DNA from: Lama guanicoe
Lineage: Eukaryota
DNA length: 64,000 bases
Reading direction: 5' to 3'
NCBI GenBank assembly: GCA_013239625.1
Contig: MU053652.1
Coordinates: forward strand, 6,315,902 to 6,379,901
The notes under the pieces were generated by a model. The model did not search any database. It was given only the letters and a program-made list of their open reading frames with translations, and was not told the origin of the DNA. How positions within the stretch are numbered: the stretch's first letter is position 1; each line of letters starts with the position of its first letter. The position numbers were made by a program, and so were the translations under genes. Positions 39,631 to 54,227 of the stretch are shown here, piece after piece.

Positions 39631-42600
39631 GAGAACACATGACACTCTGGTCACGTAAATTCTGCCTATAGAAGCTGGGATAGGCTTTGTTTTCCACACT
39701 CCTTGTAAAGTTGTAAACCTGAGCATAGGAATAATGTTTTCAAGTTAAAACAATGGAAGTCACCACTATGTACCAGGCACTCTGATCTTGGGAATACTAC
39801 CTAACTATAAAGACCAAACATAAATAACCAATGCCATATCTTGCTTGGCTAACTTGAAACATATTGAGTTACCAGTGTTTAGTCAGATTTTACCTGGTTA
39901 TAAAACTCAGGGTCACCATCTATTGCTCTAAGGCAATCTATGACTTTACCCTCAGAGGAGTCATGTTATCACAATGTCTAGCACTATTACCTGTGGAGGA
40001 AATTAAGAAAGAGAAATTTTGAAGATAATGGTACTGGTAAAATATGATAACTCTTTAGTATGGTGCTAGCTCATTTGAAAATCAATAAATGGCAGCCATT
40101 CTGATGAGGAGGAGGAGGAAGAGGAGCAGAAAGATGATGATGATCTTTATTGTATAACACAGGATGTTTCCGTTTCTGGAAAGAGATAAGCTCATGAGCT
40201 CATTTGCAGGACCATTTTGACAGATATACTGAGGACAACAAATAAGTATCTCATTCTATGATAGAATGCCATCCCCCACCAATGCTCATCTAAATTTCTT
40301 TTATATGCATCTCATCCTAAAAATGCTCATCCAGGACCTTACTGCTTACACATTTTCAGCAGCAATGCATAAAACAGCTCCAATTACATCACTAGACCAT
40401 AACAGCTATTAATAACCAGGCTGTGCCTTCAAATGTCTCCCAATTCTTTATTTTATAAGCAATCTAAGCAAATGTTCTTTCTTATTCTTAATTACCTCCA
40501 CAATATTAAAATTATTTCAAAACTGTCATCAATTTCTCTTTTGTAAGTATACTAAGACAGTTGTTAAATGCACAAATCCTCTTGTTTAAATTCAATGAAA
40601 TGCTCTTATAAAAATCCTCAAGGGAGAGTAGAGAAAGGCCGTTTTTACTTGTGATTTATTTTTCCTAAAGGCAAATTGCATTGCTCTTTACTGGCTTTTT
40701 ACTACACTAGAGCATTTTCTCTTTGTAACTTTGCTACTAAAAGCATTACAGTGTTTTGCCAGGTATAGTTTCCAATCATCTTAAATAAATGCTGATCCCC
40801 TTCCTTCCTCGGGGAAGAGTAATTGGTAACAAAAACAACACAATAATTCCCCAATAATTTATTTTTTATTTTTTGTGCTTTTAATTCCTTTTCAAATGTC
40901 CTTTGATTCTCCAAAGGTGTTCTAAGGTAACTATCTTTATGAGGAAAAGAGATACATGTGAGAGTCCTTTCATGACAAAAAATGAGCAGAGAGGAATGAG
41001 AAGAGATATTAATGAATCTTCAATCCCTGAGATATGGAAGGTTTCTGTTGTGCCTCTTCTGTCTTGCATCTCAGATGTGACAGGTATAACATCTTGATCA
41101 CTTGTTTAGAACAAAAGAGAATTTTCCCCTTTTCAAGAAATGTTTATATGTCTTTATTTCACCCTCTTTAAGCTTCGAAATATTCCATTTCCTTCCTAGT
41201 ATACCTTTTCCATGAATATAAGGGAATGAGTGAGAATGGCAAATATCTTACATGTTCTCCTATTTTTCTCAAGCAACACTCTTTGGGCACAGCTATAAAA
41301 TCAATGCCTTATAGCTAATAATGCTGAATGGTTCTCCTGTGAATGGTTTTTCTGGCAGTGTGCTATCTCTGGTGGTCCCTGCAGCCTCTTGAGAAGAGTT
41401 GTTAAAAGGTGCTTTCAGCTGCAGGTGGTGAAATGTAGAGGCGAGAATATCTGAATGGACTTTATTATCTGAGCTGCTCTAAGGATCTGCTCGCATAGCC
41501 AAGCTATCGAAGAGATGCTCAAATGTCAGGATGCTCACAGGTGTGGCCTAGGATTCCTTGCAAATACTTATGTGTCTATCATTCAATGTGATTGGCAACA
41601 CTTGCGGATGCCACACTGGGTACGTTATGGCTCCAGTTCTGAGGATGACAACTGGGTCTTGCATTTGTGATCAGGAAAGTAATGCATCATGATTTGTTTT
41701 AATTTTTCCTTCTATATCTATAGAATAATTTGAGTTCCATATGTCTTTTAACTTTGTGCCTTCTTAAAAGTTGCAAAAAATGTATCTCTTGGGAAAAAAA
41801 AACTTTCAAGTCATCCTACTTTGTATAATATTCTTTATAACTGTAAGGTCTGTTTTAACAAAGTAACAAAAGAAAGCTGTTACTATGAGAATATGAAACC
41901 TATTGTACCCGAAGTCTTAAATTGAAGAGAGATAAAAGAGCCAAAAGTTCTTTTAACTGCAAAGTATAGATCTACCAATTGAAGGAATTATGGAAGGTTA
42001 CCCTTAGAGCAAAAAAGGTAAAATTTAATTGTCAAGGTATGTTACTGGTTCTTTGGCTGATACTGCCATATATATTTATTTCTGGAAAGTATTCTCTTGG
42101 CTGCTCCCTGGAGTTAGTGAAATGAGACCACCTGTACTCCCTTTGGTAGTCAGATTCCACTTTGGGCAACTTTATTTTTCAGTCATCTAATGAAGTCCCT
42201 GGGTAAATCGATGAAAGGAGTCAAGTTTTACCTGAATCTCTCTAAAGTAACTTGAATTTCTCCAGCTCCCACTGCCTGTGGGTACAAATAAGGTGACATT
42301 TACTAAAGACTACTATCTTCCTGGCTCATACTCCTAACTCGCTCAACTCTAGAACTCTGTCCACTGAAAAGCTTTCGCATCCCCGTGCACAGGTATGTCT
42401 GAACATTCTCACACATTCTTTTGAACAAAGTCACTTTTTATAGAAACTTCTGATGTTCAACAAAAAAAGATTCGCTGCCCGTCACTGGGATTCCTTCTCC
42501 CCACACTCACTGTTGCTGTGATTCCTGTTTTCACTGATGCATTAATTCCTAGAAAGTTCTCTGTTCCATACAGAAGTGGAAGAACTATCAATCCCATAGT

Positions 42601-45600
42601 ATGTTCTAACTCACTGTCTCCCAGCTACATGTGGAACAACTTCCTTCTCCTAGGGCTACAAATGGTCCCTACATTTGTACATATGGTCATACAAAGAATG
42701 ACCATGCAGTGGTCCACATCTACAGACACGACTGACTCAAAGTTAAGTCTCCAGCTGAAACTTGTTCTATTAGTTTTCAAGTTAGTTGCTAATTTTTCTA
42801 AAAAGATTCCTAGAGAGGATGGAAATGCTCAAGTTGGAAGTTCAAGCCTTAAAAAGAGAACAGGTTAGTATTGACATGTTCTCATTTTCTGCCAACAATA
42901 AGAATTATGTGGTTGTACCTGCCATGACAGCACAGCATTCTGTATCTCTTAGTGGGAAGTCTTACACATCCCACAAACTGACCAACCAACCCTGCGCTAC
43001 CCCACCCAGTCCTTCTCATCTTAGCTTGTGATCTCTTTGTTCTCAACCACATGAGGCGCTTTGAGCTTGAGGGCTGCATTACATCCATTTTTGTAACCCT
43101 GAGAACTGTATAACTGTAGCTTAACTGAGTTCTTATTTATTTATATTTTAACATAAATTTTATATTTTAATATAAATATGATATTTTATTTATATTTTAA
43201 TATTACAAGATAATTAAACATCAAGATGCCAGGAGATGTTAGGTAGGGCATGAATGCTGATTTTTTTCCACCTTTTATATCAAAAGTCAATCAATACTGT
43301 CTGAAATTTTTAAATGTAGTTAAAAATAATTTTTACTTATGCTAAAAGTGAGCAAATGGGATTTTTAAAAAAGGAAGTCTTAGAATAATTCCACACATAT
43401 TTACTAAGGGTCTCTACCCTACCGCAGTCTACAGTGCATGACCGAGGGCTTTACAAATTGCTAAAATAGGAGGCACTGTAGCAGAGTGGATGTGGTGTAA
43501 ACACTGGATATTACAATTGTTCTCTGCTCAGTTTTAGTCATATATTCTGATCGTTACGAGCGAAAAGTAGAAAAATCTCCCTGTAAGTTGATTTTTCATT
43601 CAACTGAAAATGACCTTGGGAGGATATCTCATTATTCATATTGGGAAGAGAGTGCTTCTTTTCTATTTCAAAGGAGCTTAGAAGGCATGGAATTTGGTCT
43701 CTGCTTTAAAGGTCTGCCTTTGCTAGGTTCATGCAAGAGCTGCGCAGCTGTTTCAACTGAACCTTGGTATCGAGTTTGCTAGAAAAAAATTCCATTTGCT
43801 AAATCAAAGCAGGGTGATCTTATTCCTCTACAATTATATAACAATTAGAGACACAGAGATTTCTGTCAGCTTCAGGAGAACTGGCTCTGATGCACTAAAA
43901 CCCCGGAGACAGTTCTGCAGGACTCTGGCATGATGTTAACCTACAGAGACGTTTGTCCTACATCTTGCCTTCCTGTATCCTCCCATCCTGGACTTCATCC
44001 CAGCCTTTGAATTTAAGCTACCAAAATGTTCATTATCTTAAGGGAGATAGAGTAAGTACAATGGAAAATATGTTCTACTGATGTATTAAATTTTATTCTA
44101 ATGTGTCTTGAGATAAAGAAAATCTTTCTGTGCCAAATTTTAGGCAGGCTCTTCCAGAAAAACATACTGTGGTCTAGTAAATTACCACATGAATCTGATT
44201 AATTCATGTGCAAAAGACACGTAGATATAGCTTTGTTTTGTTTGTTTTTTAATGTTTAGCAATTATGACTTTTCCAACAAGACTTTTAGATATATGGTTA
44301 TCCATTCTGTGGTTTTACTCTTTTAAGTCATAATTATATATTTATTATGAAATCTGAGTTTACCTTATTGATTTTTTTTCACAAGATGCACTTGACTCTT
44401 CCAAATTTCTGTTCTTATAAAAGTTGTACAAAAATGGGTAGATGAAACATCATACAAGTCTTTAAATTTAGTAAATTCCAACAAAGCAGGTACTTTTCGA
44501 CATTATTTAAAATTCTAATAACTTTTTTAGTAGAATTTCTGAAGTGTATTTACTTCTAAAGATAGAAAATCAAAAAATAAGACATAGGTCATTGGACATA
44601 AGTCATTTTTTTCTCCCTGTGCCATGCTTTTATTTAGGATTTTTCATATTGTGCCTCTCAGAGATTTTAACTCTGCGGAGATCAAGCCTCCAAAAGTTTA
44701 TTTAGGAGTAAGTCTAACCTCCTTGAAAATAATTCTGTGTGCATTAGGCCTGCATGCTTGATGTGGAGATTGTTCCAATAGCCAGTAAGAAATATTTCAA
44801 TTTTCCTTCCCCAGCCTAATGTCACTTTTGTGCCCCATCATATACTCATAGGGAAATCCTGAAGTTCATGCTTGTCTATTTCTCTCACCTGGCATGTGTG
44901 AAGAGTTAGGGTATGCAGGGGAATAGGAGAAATAGAGGTTATAATTAAGAAGCTGAAAATTCAGGAAAATGTCTTTCTATTGTCTTTATTCTAAAACATT
45001 TTTATTTTTCAAGTGAACTCAGATAAAACCTTTGCATTTGGTATTACATGTACCAACCTCATTTTACGCAAATTAGAAATATCAATTAGAGAAGTGTATA
45101 ATCAAATTGTTCATTTTTACTGATGTACATGTTTGTTAGTACATGAAATTGTATTTGTTGGATAACATTTTTGGGGTACTAGTGAGGAAGATATCAATGG
45201 TTTCAGTTAGATCTAGAATAAAATAGTTATTAATGGGCATAAGTTTGAAACTTTTGGAGAGATGTCATCTTCTTCACTTGATATTTCCAGCATTTTTCAA
45301 TTTCATTTTAGTTGATATAAGTTCAGGATATAGCTTCCACAGCTTAATTTCCAAATTGTCATCATATGACCAGTGAACATTAGTGACTGGGTTAAATCCA
45401 GCATTCCAACAAGTTCAGGAATTACAAATGAATATACACGTAGAGAATCATGGAAGAACTGAGGAACATACCTCAAGCATCCCTAACTTGAAAGTACAGA
45501 GGGTGTTGGCTGTACTAGTAAGAAGATCTATTATTCTTTACCATTTTCGGGTTTTGGCATTTAAGTGTGATTGTGTTCTTTATCCTTCCCTATTTGAGGC

Positions 45601-47329
45601 AACTGCAATACAGGTGGATGGTTTATTTTTTACAATAACATCTCCTCTTGAACCAGCATTATATAATAGAATCAGGCATCCCTCACTTTTAGAGAACCCC
45701 TCATCTTCAAGGATTATGGCCTTTGAGTGTTAAGTCCAAAGGGGCCACAAGTTGAATAACTCTTAAATTATTAGTATTAGAGACATTTCATATATTAGGA
45801 TGACAGTGTTGAGTATGGAGAATATAACGGTAATTCATCGTTTGTTATTACTATTTATGTCCATGCAAGATACGAAAGAATATGTGGCAGACCTACAACT
45901 AAAAATGGTATCCTTCTTAATGATGCACTTTATAGTGCTTTATAATATAATTAATATTTTATATATACTTTTTTGATTATAAGAGCATAAATGGCAATAA
46001 CAGTAGATTTATCATAATAGGTTTATACTATTGATGGCACATAAAAAAGGAAGTCTTTCAAAGTGAAAAAACTCAACACATTATAATAATTCTTTTGGTT
46101 TTCTTTTATTATTGCGGCTCCAGAAATAAAAGTTGTATTATTAATTAAAGAGTACATATTCTTTCCCTTTCAGAGCATCTGTAGTTATATAAATCTACTG
46201 GTTCTTTATTGGCTTCCAAATGTGTTAATTTGTCGATGATAATTATCCTTAACATAACACAGCCTACTTACTACAATCAAAATATATGACTCCTAAAGGC
46301 ACCTTTATAATGAGAGTAAAGTACATTAACTCTTACAAAGCTGTCTTAAGCCTGAAAGACATTAAAGCCAATATGAAATAAAATTAAGAGCTGATAATTA
46401 GAAAAAAAAGAACATTACTAACGTTGCCCAAAAAGCAATTGTGACCATTCCACTGAGGCTGCGTGTCAAACAATAATCTATTCTTTGTATCACTTCACAT
46501 TCGACAATGGATCTTACTAAATAAAATATTTTGATGATAGTTTCCTATAAAATCCTACAGAGAACTTTTTCTGCATAACATCAAATATTCTATTACACAA
46601 CCATAAATATGCTGTTTTTGTGAACTGTATATCCGACCTTGAAAATAAGGTCAGAATTCAAAGTTATTATATTTTAATATCCTGAAAGAATGCCATGAAA
46701 ATATATAGTCTCTTGTTACTGCCTGATTGTTAAATTTGATAGAGCAGTCATGAAAATAAATGTTGTATTGCATCACCAGCGCTTAAATGAATTTGCATGG
46801 GTCTGAAAAGAACCCCCCAAAGCCAAAATAAAATGCAATGGATAGAATGAGAAATCTTTTCAGTTTGCTTCTGAGTTTTATTTGTTTTCACAAAAATGAA
46901 TGTTTGTGGTGCAGTTTCTGGGCATATTTCATGTAAGGCACTGCTTGTCTTTGTGTAGAACAGAAATTAACAGAACAATAGAAAGAACATGCGTCACTGA
47001 TTCAGTCTCAACTGTGTTACGAGTCATAAGACAATTAATTGTGTGACATATGTCTACATATGTGCATAGTTTATGGCTTTTCGGAAAAAAAATCTACATG
47101 GTTCCAATCTTTTTTTTCTTTGATTATACAACCAAGAAAATTTTATCATATATGATACTACTTTATGTTACGTCCCACTTTAAATAAGTACGACCATAGC
47201 AGATAATCAGCAGACTATAAAGAAGATGCAAAGTCCTCCACTCAAAACTCTTCAGAAAACATATCATCATGGAAGTGGACAATGTAATATCTTAAACCTA
47301 CCTCAAGACTAAATGATTCTATTAAAATA

Positions 47330-48050
47330 ATCTAATAACATGTATATAGATAAAATATATAACACATGTGCAAGTTATATGTAAATTATGAATCATAATC
47401 AGGACTAATGATAAAACAAATACCAACTTTAGAACTAAAACATTACTCTTTAATGAAAATACTGTCTTCCTCCCTAATTCTATCCTCCTGCTTTCCCCTC
47501 AGAGGTCCTCGTGACTTTGAATTGTCTCCTTATTTATCGCTGTGATTATCAGTTGTCACAAGGCATATCTCCCTAAACAATAATTTGTTCAGTTTTATCT
47601 ATTTAAAACCTGACTTTAAGATGGTATTATATAATGTATGTTCTTAAGCAATTTATTTTTGTTCATCCAACAATATACTTCTAAAATCTGTGTATGTTGT
47701 TGAACAGCTTTTGGTCAATCTTTGTCAGTGCTATATATTTTTATACTTCATTCTGTGGCTATGCTCTAATTTATTTATACATTGTTCAGTGATGAGTATT
47801 TGGGAAATTTTCCAGTTTTTTGGTATTACAAACAATACCACTCTGAATATCTCCATACTTGTCTGTTTGGGCACAGATGTGGACATTTTTCTAAGGTCCA
47901 TATCTGTTTAGCTTTAAAAGATAACGTCAGATTGTTTCCATTGTGTGTGTATAGGTTTTTCCCTCACCAGGAATGCTTACCAGGTCTTACTTCCTTGTAT
48001 CTGAGCCAATATTTGGTACTGTATGCCTGGGTAATACTAGATCCATTTAA
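47330..48050 (-). mobile_element. Highly degraded L1ME-type 3' fragment
   Basis: atggtattatataatgtatgttctt..ttccagttttttggtattacaaacaataccactctgaatat. Confidence 0.6.
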
Positions 48051-48094
48051 AGTACAGCACAATAATACAGAAAGTTGATTTATAGGGTTTCATA

Positions 48095-49220
48095 TTCCAC
48101 AATGTAACTCACTTGTAAGAAACTATCACTTAAAAAGACTATAAAATATTCCTCCCAACTCAAAATATTTATGTAACACAAGATTTTCTTCATAAGCAAA
48201 TCACAACAAATTAAATACAGACATAGATATGAAAATCCAGTTTTCTATCAAGCCAGACACTAGTGAGATTTGCAAAAATGTTAAAATAATGCTATTCTTG
48301 ACCTGCACCCCAATGTTCATAGCAGCACTATTTACAATAGCCAAAACATGGAAACAGCCTAAATGTCCATCAACAGGTGACTGGATAAAAAAGATGTGGT
48401 ATATTTATACAATGGAATACTACTCAGCCATAAAAACCAACAACATAATGCCATTTGCAGCAACATGGATGCTCCTGGAGAATGTCATTCTAAGTGAAGT
48501 AAGCCAGAAAAAGAAAGAAAAATACCATATGAGATCGCTCATATGTGGAATCTAAAAAACAAAAACAAAAACAAACAAACAAACAAAAACAAAGTGTAAA
48601 TACAGGACAGAAATGGACTCATAGACAGAGAATACAGACTTGTGGTTGCCAGGGGGGCGGAGGGTGGGAAGGGATAGACTGGGATTTCAAACTGTAGAAT
48701 AGATAAACAAGATTATACTGTATAGCACAGGGAAATATACACAAAATGTTATGGTAGCTCACAGAGAAAAAAATGTGGCAATGAGTGTGTATATGTCCAT
48801 GTATGACTGAAAAATTGTGCTGAACACTGGAATTTGACACAACATTGTAAAACGATTATAAATCAATAAAAAATGTTAAGAAAAATAATGCTATTCTTCT
48901 CATGGAATTCAATTTTGTTTTTTAAAGTAATGCTATTCTCATGAAGTTAATTTTGTTCTTTAAATATAGGTTTTTCACAAAATAATTTTTATGTTAAAGG
49001 GTAGTGGACTTATTTTGTGAAAGACAGTAAAACATATTTTTATTTATGTTCATAATATTTATATATTATGCACATTTTAAATTGATAAACTATTTCAGAA
49101 CAGTGTTAAGTTTACAGAAAAATTATCTTCTAATAAATTAATAAATTACACAGCTGAAAATTTTGCAGTATCAATTTATAATAAATAAATAACAAAAGCT
49201 ATTTTGGGTCCTCAATACTT
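48095..49220. mobile_element. Charlie1-like hAT transposon remnant, interrupted by a young L1
   Basis: gatatgaaaatccagttttctatcaagccagacactagtgagatttgcaaaaatgt before the L1; aacaaaagctattttgggtcctcaata after it. Confidence 0.7.
48300..48881 (+). mobile_element. Young camelid-type 5'-truncated L1 with a perfect 17-bp TSD
   Basis: Undisrupted ORF2 C-terminus TCTPMFIAALFTIAKTWKQPKCPSTGDWIKKMWYIYTMEYYSAIKTNNIMPFAATWMLLENVILSEVSQKKKEKYHMRSLICGI*. TSD aaaataatgctattctt at 48283-48299 and 48882-48898; TT/AAAA target. Confidence 0.97.
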
Positions 49221-49234
49221 TTTTTGTTTTGCTT

Positions 49235-51250
49235 TGTTTTTGTCAGCTTTATTAAAATTTAATTTACAAAACTAAAATTTATCCATTTTAGCCATATAAT
49301 TCAATGACTTTGCCAGATGTGTACTGTTGTGTAACTATTGCCACAGTCATGAGAGAGAATGTTTCCATTATCTCCGTAAGTTCCCTCAACACTCTGTAAT
49401 CATGTCTTCTGCCATCTGCCTTAGCAAACACTAATCTGCTCTGTAGCACAATAGTTTTTCCTTTTCTAGAAGTTGATATAAATGGAATCGTATAGTTTGC
49501 AGCCCTTGCCTCTGGCTCCTTTCACCTAGAATGTTTCTGAAATGCCCACACGTTGTTGCATCTATCTGTAGCTTGTCCTTTTTCTTTAGTGTTTAGATAT
49601 AACATAAGCTGATTACCTATGTTATCAGATAATGAACATTTCAGTTCTTTCTAGGTTTTTGGTTATTAAGACTATTGTTTCCTTTTGGGTTAAAAACCTA
49701 ACAGCGGAGTACCTGGGACATGATGTAAATGGATTTGTAATATTATAATAAATTCCCCTAATTTCTTCCAAAACGATTTACCATTTTGCATTCTAACTAG
49801 CAGTGAGTGAGCTTCAGTTCACAACATCCCTTTCCAACACTTGATTTCATGAGTCTTTTTCATTTTAGTCATTCTAGTGTACGTTTAATAGCATTTTTTG
49901 TTTTTAATTTGCATTTTCTTGATAACTAATGATGCCAAGTACCTTGTCATGTGTTTATTTGCCATTTCTATATGCCTCAGGTGGAATATCTCTGTAAACC
50001 AACATTTTTTATTGGACTTCTTTCATGCTCATTATTGAGTTTTAAAAGCTATTTATTTATTTTGGATGTAAATCTTTTACTAGATATATAGTTTCCCCCA
50101 GTCTGTTCTATTTTTTAACAGTATCTTTTGAAGAACACAAATTTTAAATTTTGAAGAAGCCTAATTTACTTTTGGTATCCTACTTAAGAAGTCTTTGATC
50201 ACCCAAAGCCACATAGACTTTCTCCAATGTCCTCTTCTAGAGGTTGTATTGTTTTTTCTACTATATTTAGGTCCTTGGTCCATTCAGAGTTAATTTTTGA
50301 ACACAGAGTGTGGTCAGGCTCAGTATTTGTATTTTTCTATAGGCTATTCAGTTATTCCACCATGATTTTTTGAAAAGACTGCTCTTTCCCCATTGAACTG
50401 CCGCCTTAGCACCTTTCATTGAAAATCAGTTGGTCATTTATGTATATTTATGGATTCTTTATTCTGTTCCATATGTTTTCTTGACATCAAACTATACTGT
50501 CTTGATCACTGTAGCTTTATAATAAGCTTTAAAATCAGGTAGTATAAATTTTCCAACTTTGTTGCTGTTTTTCATGATTATTTAATCTGTTTTAGATCCA
50601 CTGCCATTTACATATAAAATCTTTGTGAATTCCTACAAAACAGTTATTTTAACTGGAATTTGTTTAATCTATAGTTAATTTTGGGAAGGACTATCATCTT
50701 AACAATGTTGAGTCTTAGATCCATGTTTGTAATATTGCTCTATTTATTTATGCTTTTTAAGATTTCTCTCAGAAATACTTTGTATATTTTACTGAAAAAG
50801 TCAGGCACCTATTTTGTTAAATTTATCCCTTTAAAGTTTTTCTATTTTAGTGTTATTTAAATGATACTTTATTTTTTTTAATTTATAATTTTTGTTGCTG
50901 TAATGCAGAAATACCATAATTTTATACACATATACTTACATACATATATTGAACTTGTATCGTATCAAATTGCTAAGTACTTTTTTTAGATCTTATGATT
51001 TCATAGACTACTTAGGATTTTCTATACAGACTGATGTCATCTGTGCATAAAGACAGTTTTCATATTCTTTTCCAATTAAATATATTTTATTCCTTTCTCT
51101 TATATTATTTCCAGTGCTGGGACCTTCAATACAATGTTGAAGAGGTAGTAAGAGTAAACATTCTTGCCTTTTTTCTGGCCTTAGGAGAAAGACCTCAGTT
51201 CTTCATCATTGAGTACAATTTTTCTTTTGGTGTAGGTTTTTGCAGATGCC
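49235..51250 (-). mobile_element. Old L1M (L1MB/MC-like) ~2 kb 3' fragment
   Basis: atataaatggaatcgtatag, tttaatttgcattttcttgataactaatgat, ttgaaaagactgctctttccccattgaa, ttaggattttctatacagac..atgtcatctg. Confidence 0.9.
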
Positions 51251-51439
51251 TGTGAAAGAGTCTGTCTTACTGTCTCTGGCATGCTGAGTCATTGGCTGGG
51301 ACTGATGTATGCAAAGTCTAGTCTTAATAAGATGATGGATTTCAGAGGCATAAGCTGGCTCCATCATCGGTCCACAAGCTCCCAGCACTTAGGGATCTGA
51401 GAGCTGCATTTTTATGCTCACCTCAGATGGAAACTTTTT

Positions 51440-51830
51440 GGAAGATACTAGGCATTCTACGATCTAATTTATATTTAAAAATCAGGACTATGTGGAGAAT
51501 AGATGATAGAAAGGCTACTGGAGAAGTGAGGACATCATTTGATTATTGCAGGTGAGAAATGGTGATAGCTTAATTAATAGTAATAGTGGATGCTGTGAGA
51601 TTTGGGATGCATTTTGAAGGTTAGGCTGAAAGGATTTACTGATGGATTGGATGTAGGATGACGGAGAAAGTAGGACAAAGTTAAATCTTTTTTTTATTAA
51701 CCTGAGATGCAGGACACTTAGGGATAAGTAGGTTTTGGGGCATTAAATCAACAGTTCAGCCTTGTACATGTAAAGCTTGAAATGCTTATTAGAGATTTAA
51801 ATGGGGCTGTTTGAAGGCAATTACACACAT
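51440..51830 (-). mobile_element. L2 fragment
   Basis: caggtgagaaatggtgatagctt..attttgaaggttaggctgaaaggatttactgatggattggatgtagg..cagttcagccttgtacatgtaaagcttgaaatgc. Confidence 0.8.
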
Positions 51831-53204
51831 CAGAGAGAGAACACACGTTAGCCTGGTGGGCCTATCAGATACGACTGCAGAATAATAGAGGATGTAACAG
51901 TACAGCATTATGCCCTCTTGAGACCAGAGTAACCACAGAAATGTCACTTCACAAGTGTTGATCCCAGTTAAACTTCCTCTATTTATACTGAATGCTGCTT
52001 CATAACGTTAATGTGCAGAAAAACTGCACAACCTCAAATTTTACAATAACCGTTGTGTGAGGAATTCGGGAAGGTGTTTTTAAAATAAAAAATAATCTTT
52101 GATTTTCTTTGGCCACGCTCTGGCTTGAAACCATAATGAAAAGTCATTTTAATTGTGTAACTATCTCATAGTGGGATTTAAGCGAGCTTCAAAAAAATCA
52201 AGACAACCTGGATATTGCCTTGGCTGCATTATCTCACTTGGTATTTCAGCTGTAAAAAGTGTTACCTGCTTAATATGAAATACAAGAATGCAAGGATCAC
52301 ACGGTATTTAGTTCAGGGGAAGACTGCATGGTATTCTGAGCTGTGCTCTCCTACTTCAGGATAGCAACAACATGTTTTGTTACAGCAAGTTCAGAAAAAT
52401 AAACTCAGTGGGTGCTTCAAGCTCCCCTCAAGCGTGGCAGGATGAAAACAACAGCTTCACAAATGTCGGCACTAATGTAAATAAGAAGATGTTAAGGTCA
52501 CCGTGGTGCAGTTAAAATTTAATGTCTCACTCACTTATTTAATGACAAATCACTTAGTAGACTGTGCAAAGTTCCATGTGTCAGGTAAGAAAACATTTCT
52601 TTCTGAACAGTATGCTGAATATTCTAAAACATTATGTGCCAGATTTTGTGGGAACACAAAGCAAGATTGTTTTCTGCAATAAAAATTCATATCCTGTAAG
52701 TTAGTATTAGTCCAAGTGTAAAATATACACTCTTGTTTTCTTGGCTAGTTGTACTTCAGGTTCATGCAGTTGGTGCTGATGGATAAAATGCAGGTGATTC
52801 CACCAAACCATTATTTATTCTTACCATGTATTTATTATGACACCAACATTTTTGTTGAAACACTGGGGTTCTCTGTATTTTAATGGATCCAGACAACGGT
52901 AAAGCTTCATCACTCTAACATTATTTTAGGAAAACCAATTCATTTTAGGCAATTTCACATCTGTGATACCATTTTCGTCCTCATAATAGACCTATGTGTT
53001 AATATTATGAAAGTTATTAAAAGTTAGTTATTGAAACCTAAATGAGAAAACTGAAACCCAAGTAGCTGAAGTAACTTACTGAAGCCATACTACTATCAAA
53101 GAGTTGAATCAGTGTCAAGCAGTCAGAACTGCTTATTTCCAGTACGACGCCTATTTCACTACACCACTTCCAAGACTCCTATAAGGAACGTTTTCCTCAT
53201 TGCT

Positions 53205-53885
53205 ATTAAGGTATAATTTTTATACACAGAAAATTCACATTTTTTTCAGTGTGCAGTTCTATACGTTTTGACAAACACATGCATTCAAGCACCCAGCACT
53301 ATGATCAACATATAGAATAGTTTCATCATGTCTCTGAATTTCCCTCTCCCCTGAGTATACAATCCTGCTTTCCATTCCCAGCCCATGGCAACCACTGATC
53401 TGTTTTCTGTCCTTACAGTTTTACCTTTTCTAGAATGTCATATATACTAACCATATGGTATACAGTCTTTTGAGGCTGGTTTCTTTCACTATCTGATATT
53501 CATCCATATTATTGGCCTAACACGAATGCATTCTATGTTACTGCGGAGCAGTATTCCATCAACGAGTGTTTATTCATATGTTTATACATTCCTAAACTGA
53601 GGTACTAGGCTATGAACATTCACATAATGTTTTGCATAAAGAAATTTTTCTTTCACTTGAGTAAGGACCTAGGAACGGAATTTCTGGGTCAGATGATACA
53701 TGTATGCTTAACTTCACAGGAGGCTGAGAAACCATTATGCAAAGTGACAAAGCACTTTTATCTTCCCATCAATGATGTATGTGAGCTCTAATCACTCTGC
53801 ATCTTCACTAGCGCTTGGTGTAGTCACTTTATTTTTAAAGAAGTTCTAAAAGGTGTGTGGCAGTATCTTGTGATTTTAATTAGTC
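53205..53885 (-). mobile_element. L1MB-like 3' end, preceded by a MIR remnant at ~52980-53170
   Basis: cagtgtgcagttctat..tttgacaaa, ccatggcaaccactgatctgttttctgtccttacagttttaccttttctagaatgtcatata. Confidence 0.88.
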
Positions 53886-54227
53886 ATAATAAAATTTTAA
53901 CTGGCTTCCTAAAAGACTGTGGATAGTCTATATATGGAAAACTTAAACTGAAATCCTTAATTTTAGATTTGGAAAGTTTGGTTAATTGCCATGTTAATCA
54001 ATAATCAAACAGCATGACTAAGTTTGTATTCCACCTCTCTGTTCCCCTTGCTACGGGCGTGCCACATATAAAATGGTTACAATATTGACAAAAGGGTGAA
54101 AAAGGGTTGGGCTTTCATAATAAACAATTTATATAATTGGATTTTGAAAATTTGGTAAATTGTTAAATAGGTTGTAGATTTTCTTAATATAGTTGACACA
54201 TATAAATACTGTGGGTTCATCACCAGT

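Noticed and set aside
41412..41435. CTCF-like motif (ctgcaggtggtga)
   Set aside because: Only a partial match; expected by chance in 64 kb.
48229..48555. 108-aa ORF as a host gene
   Set aside because: It is the L1 ORF2 C-terminus read in from flanking Charlie1 sequence.
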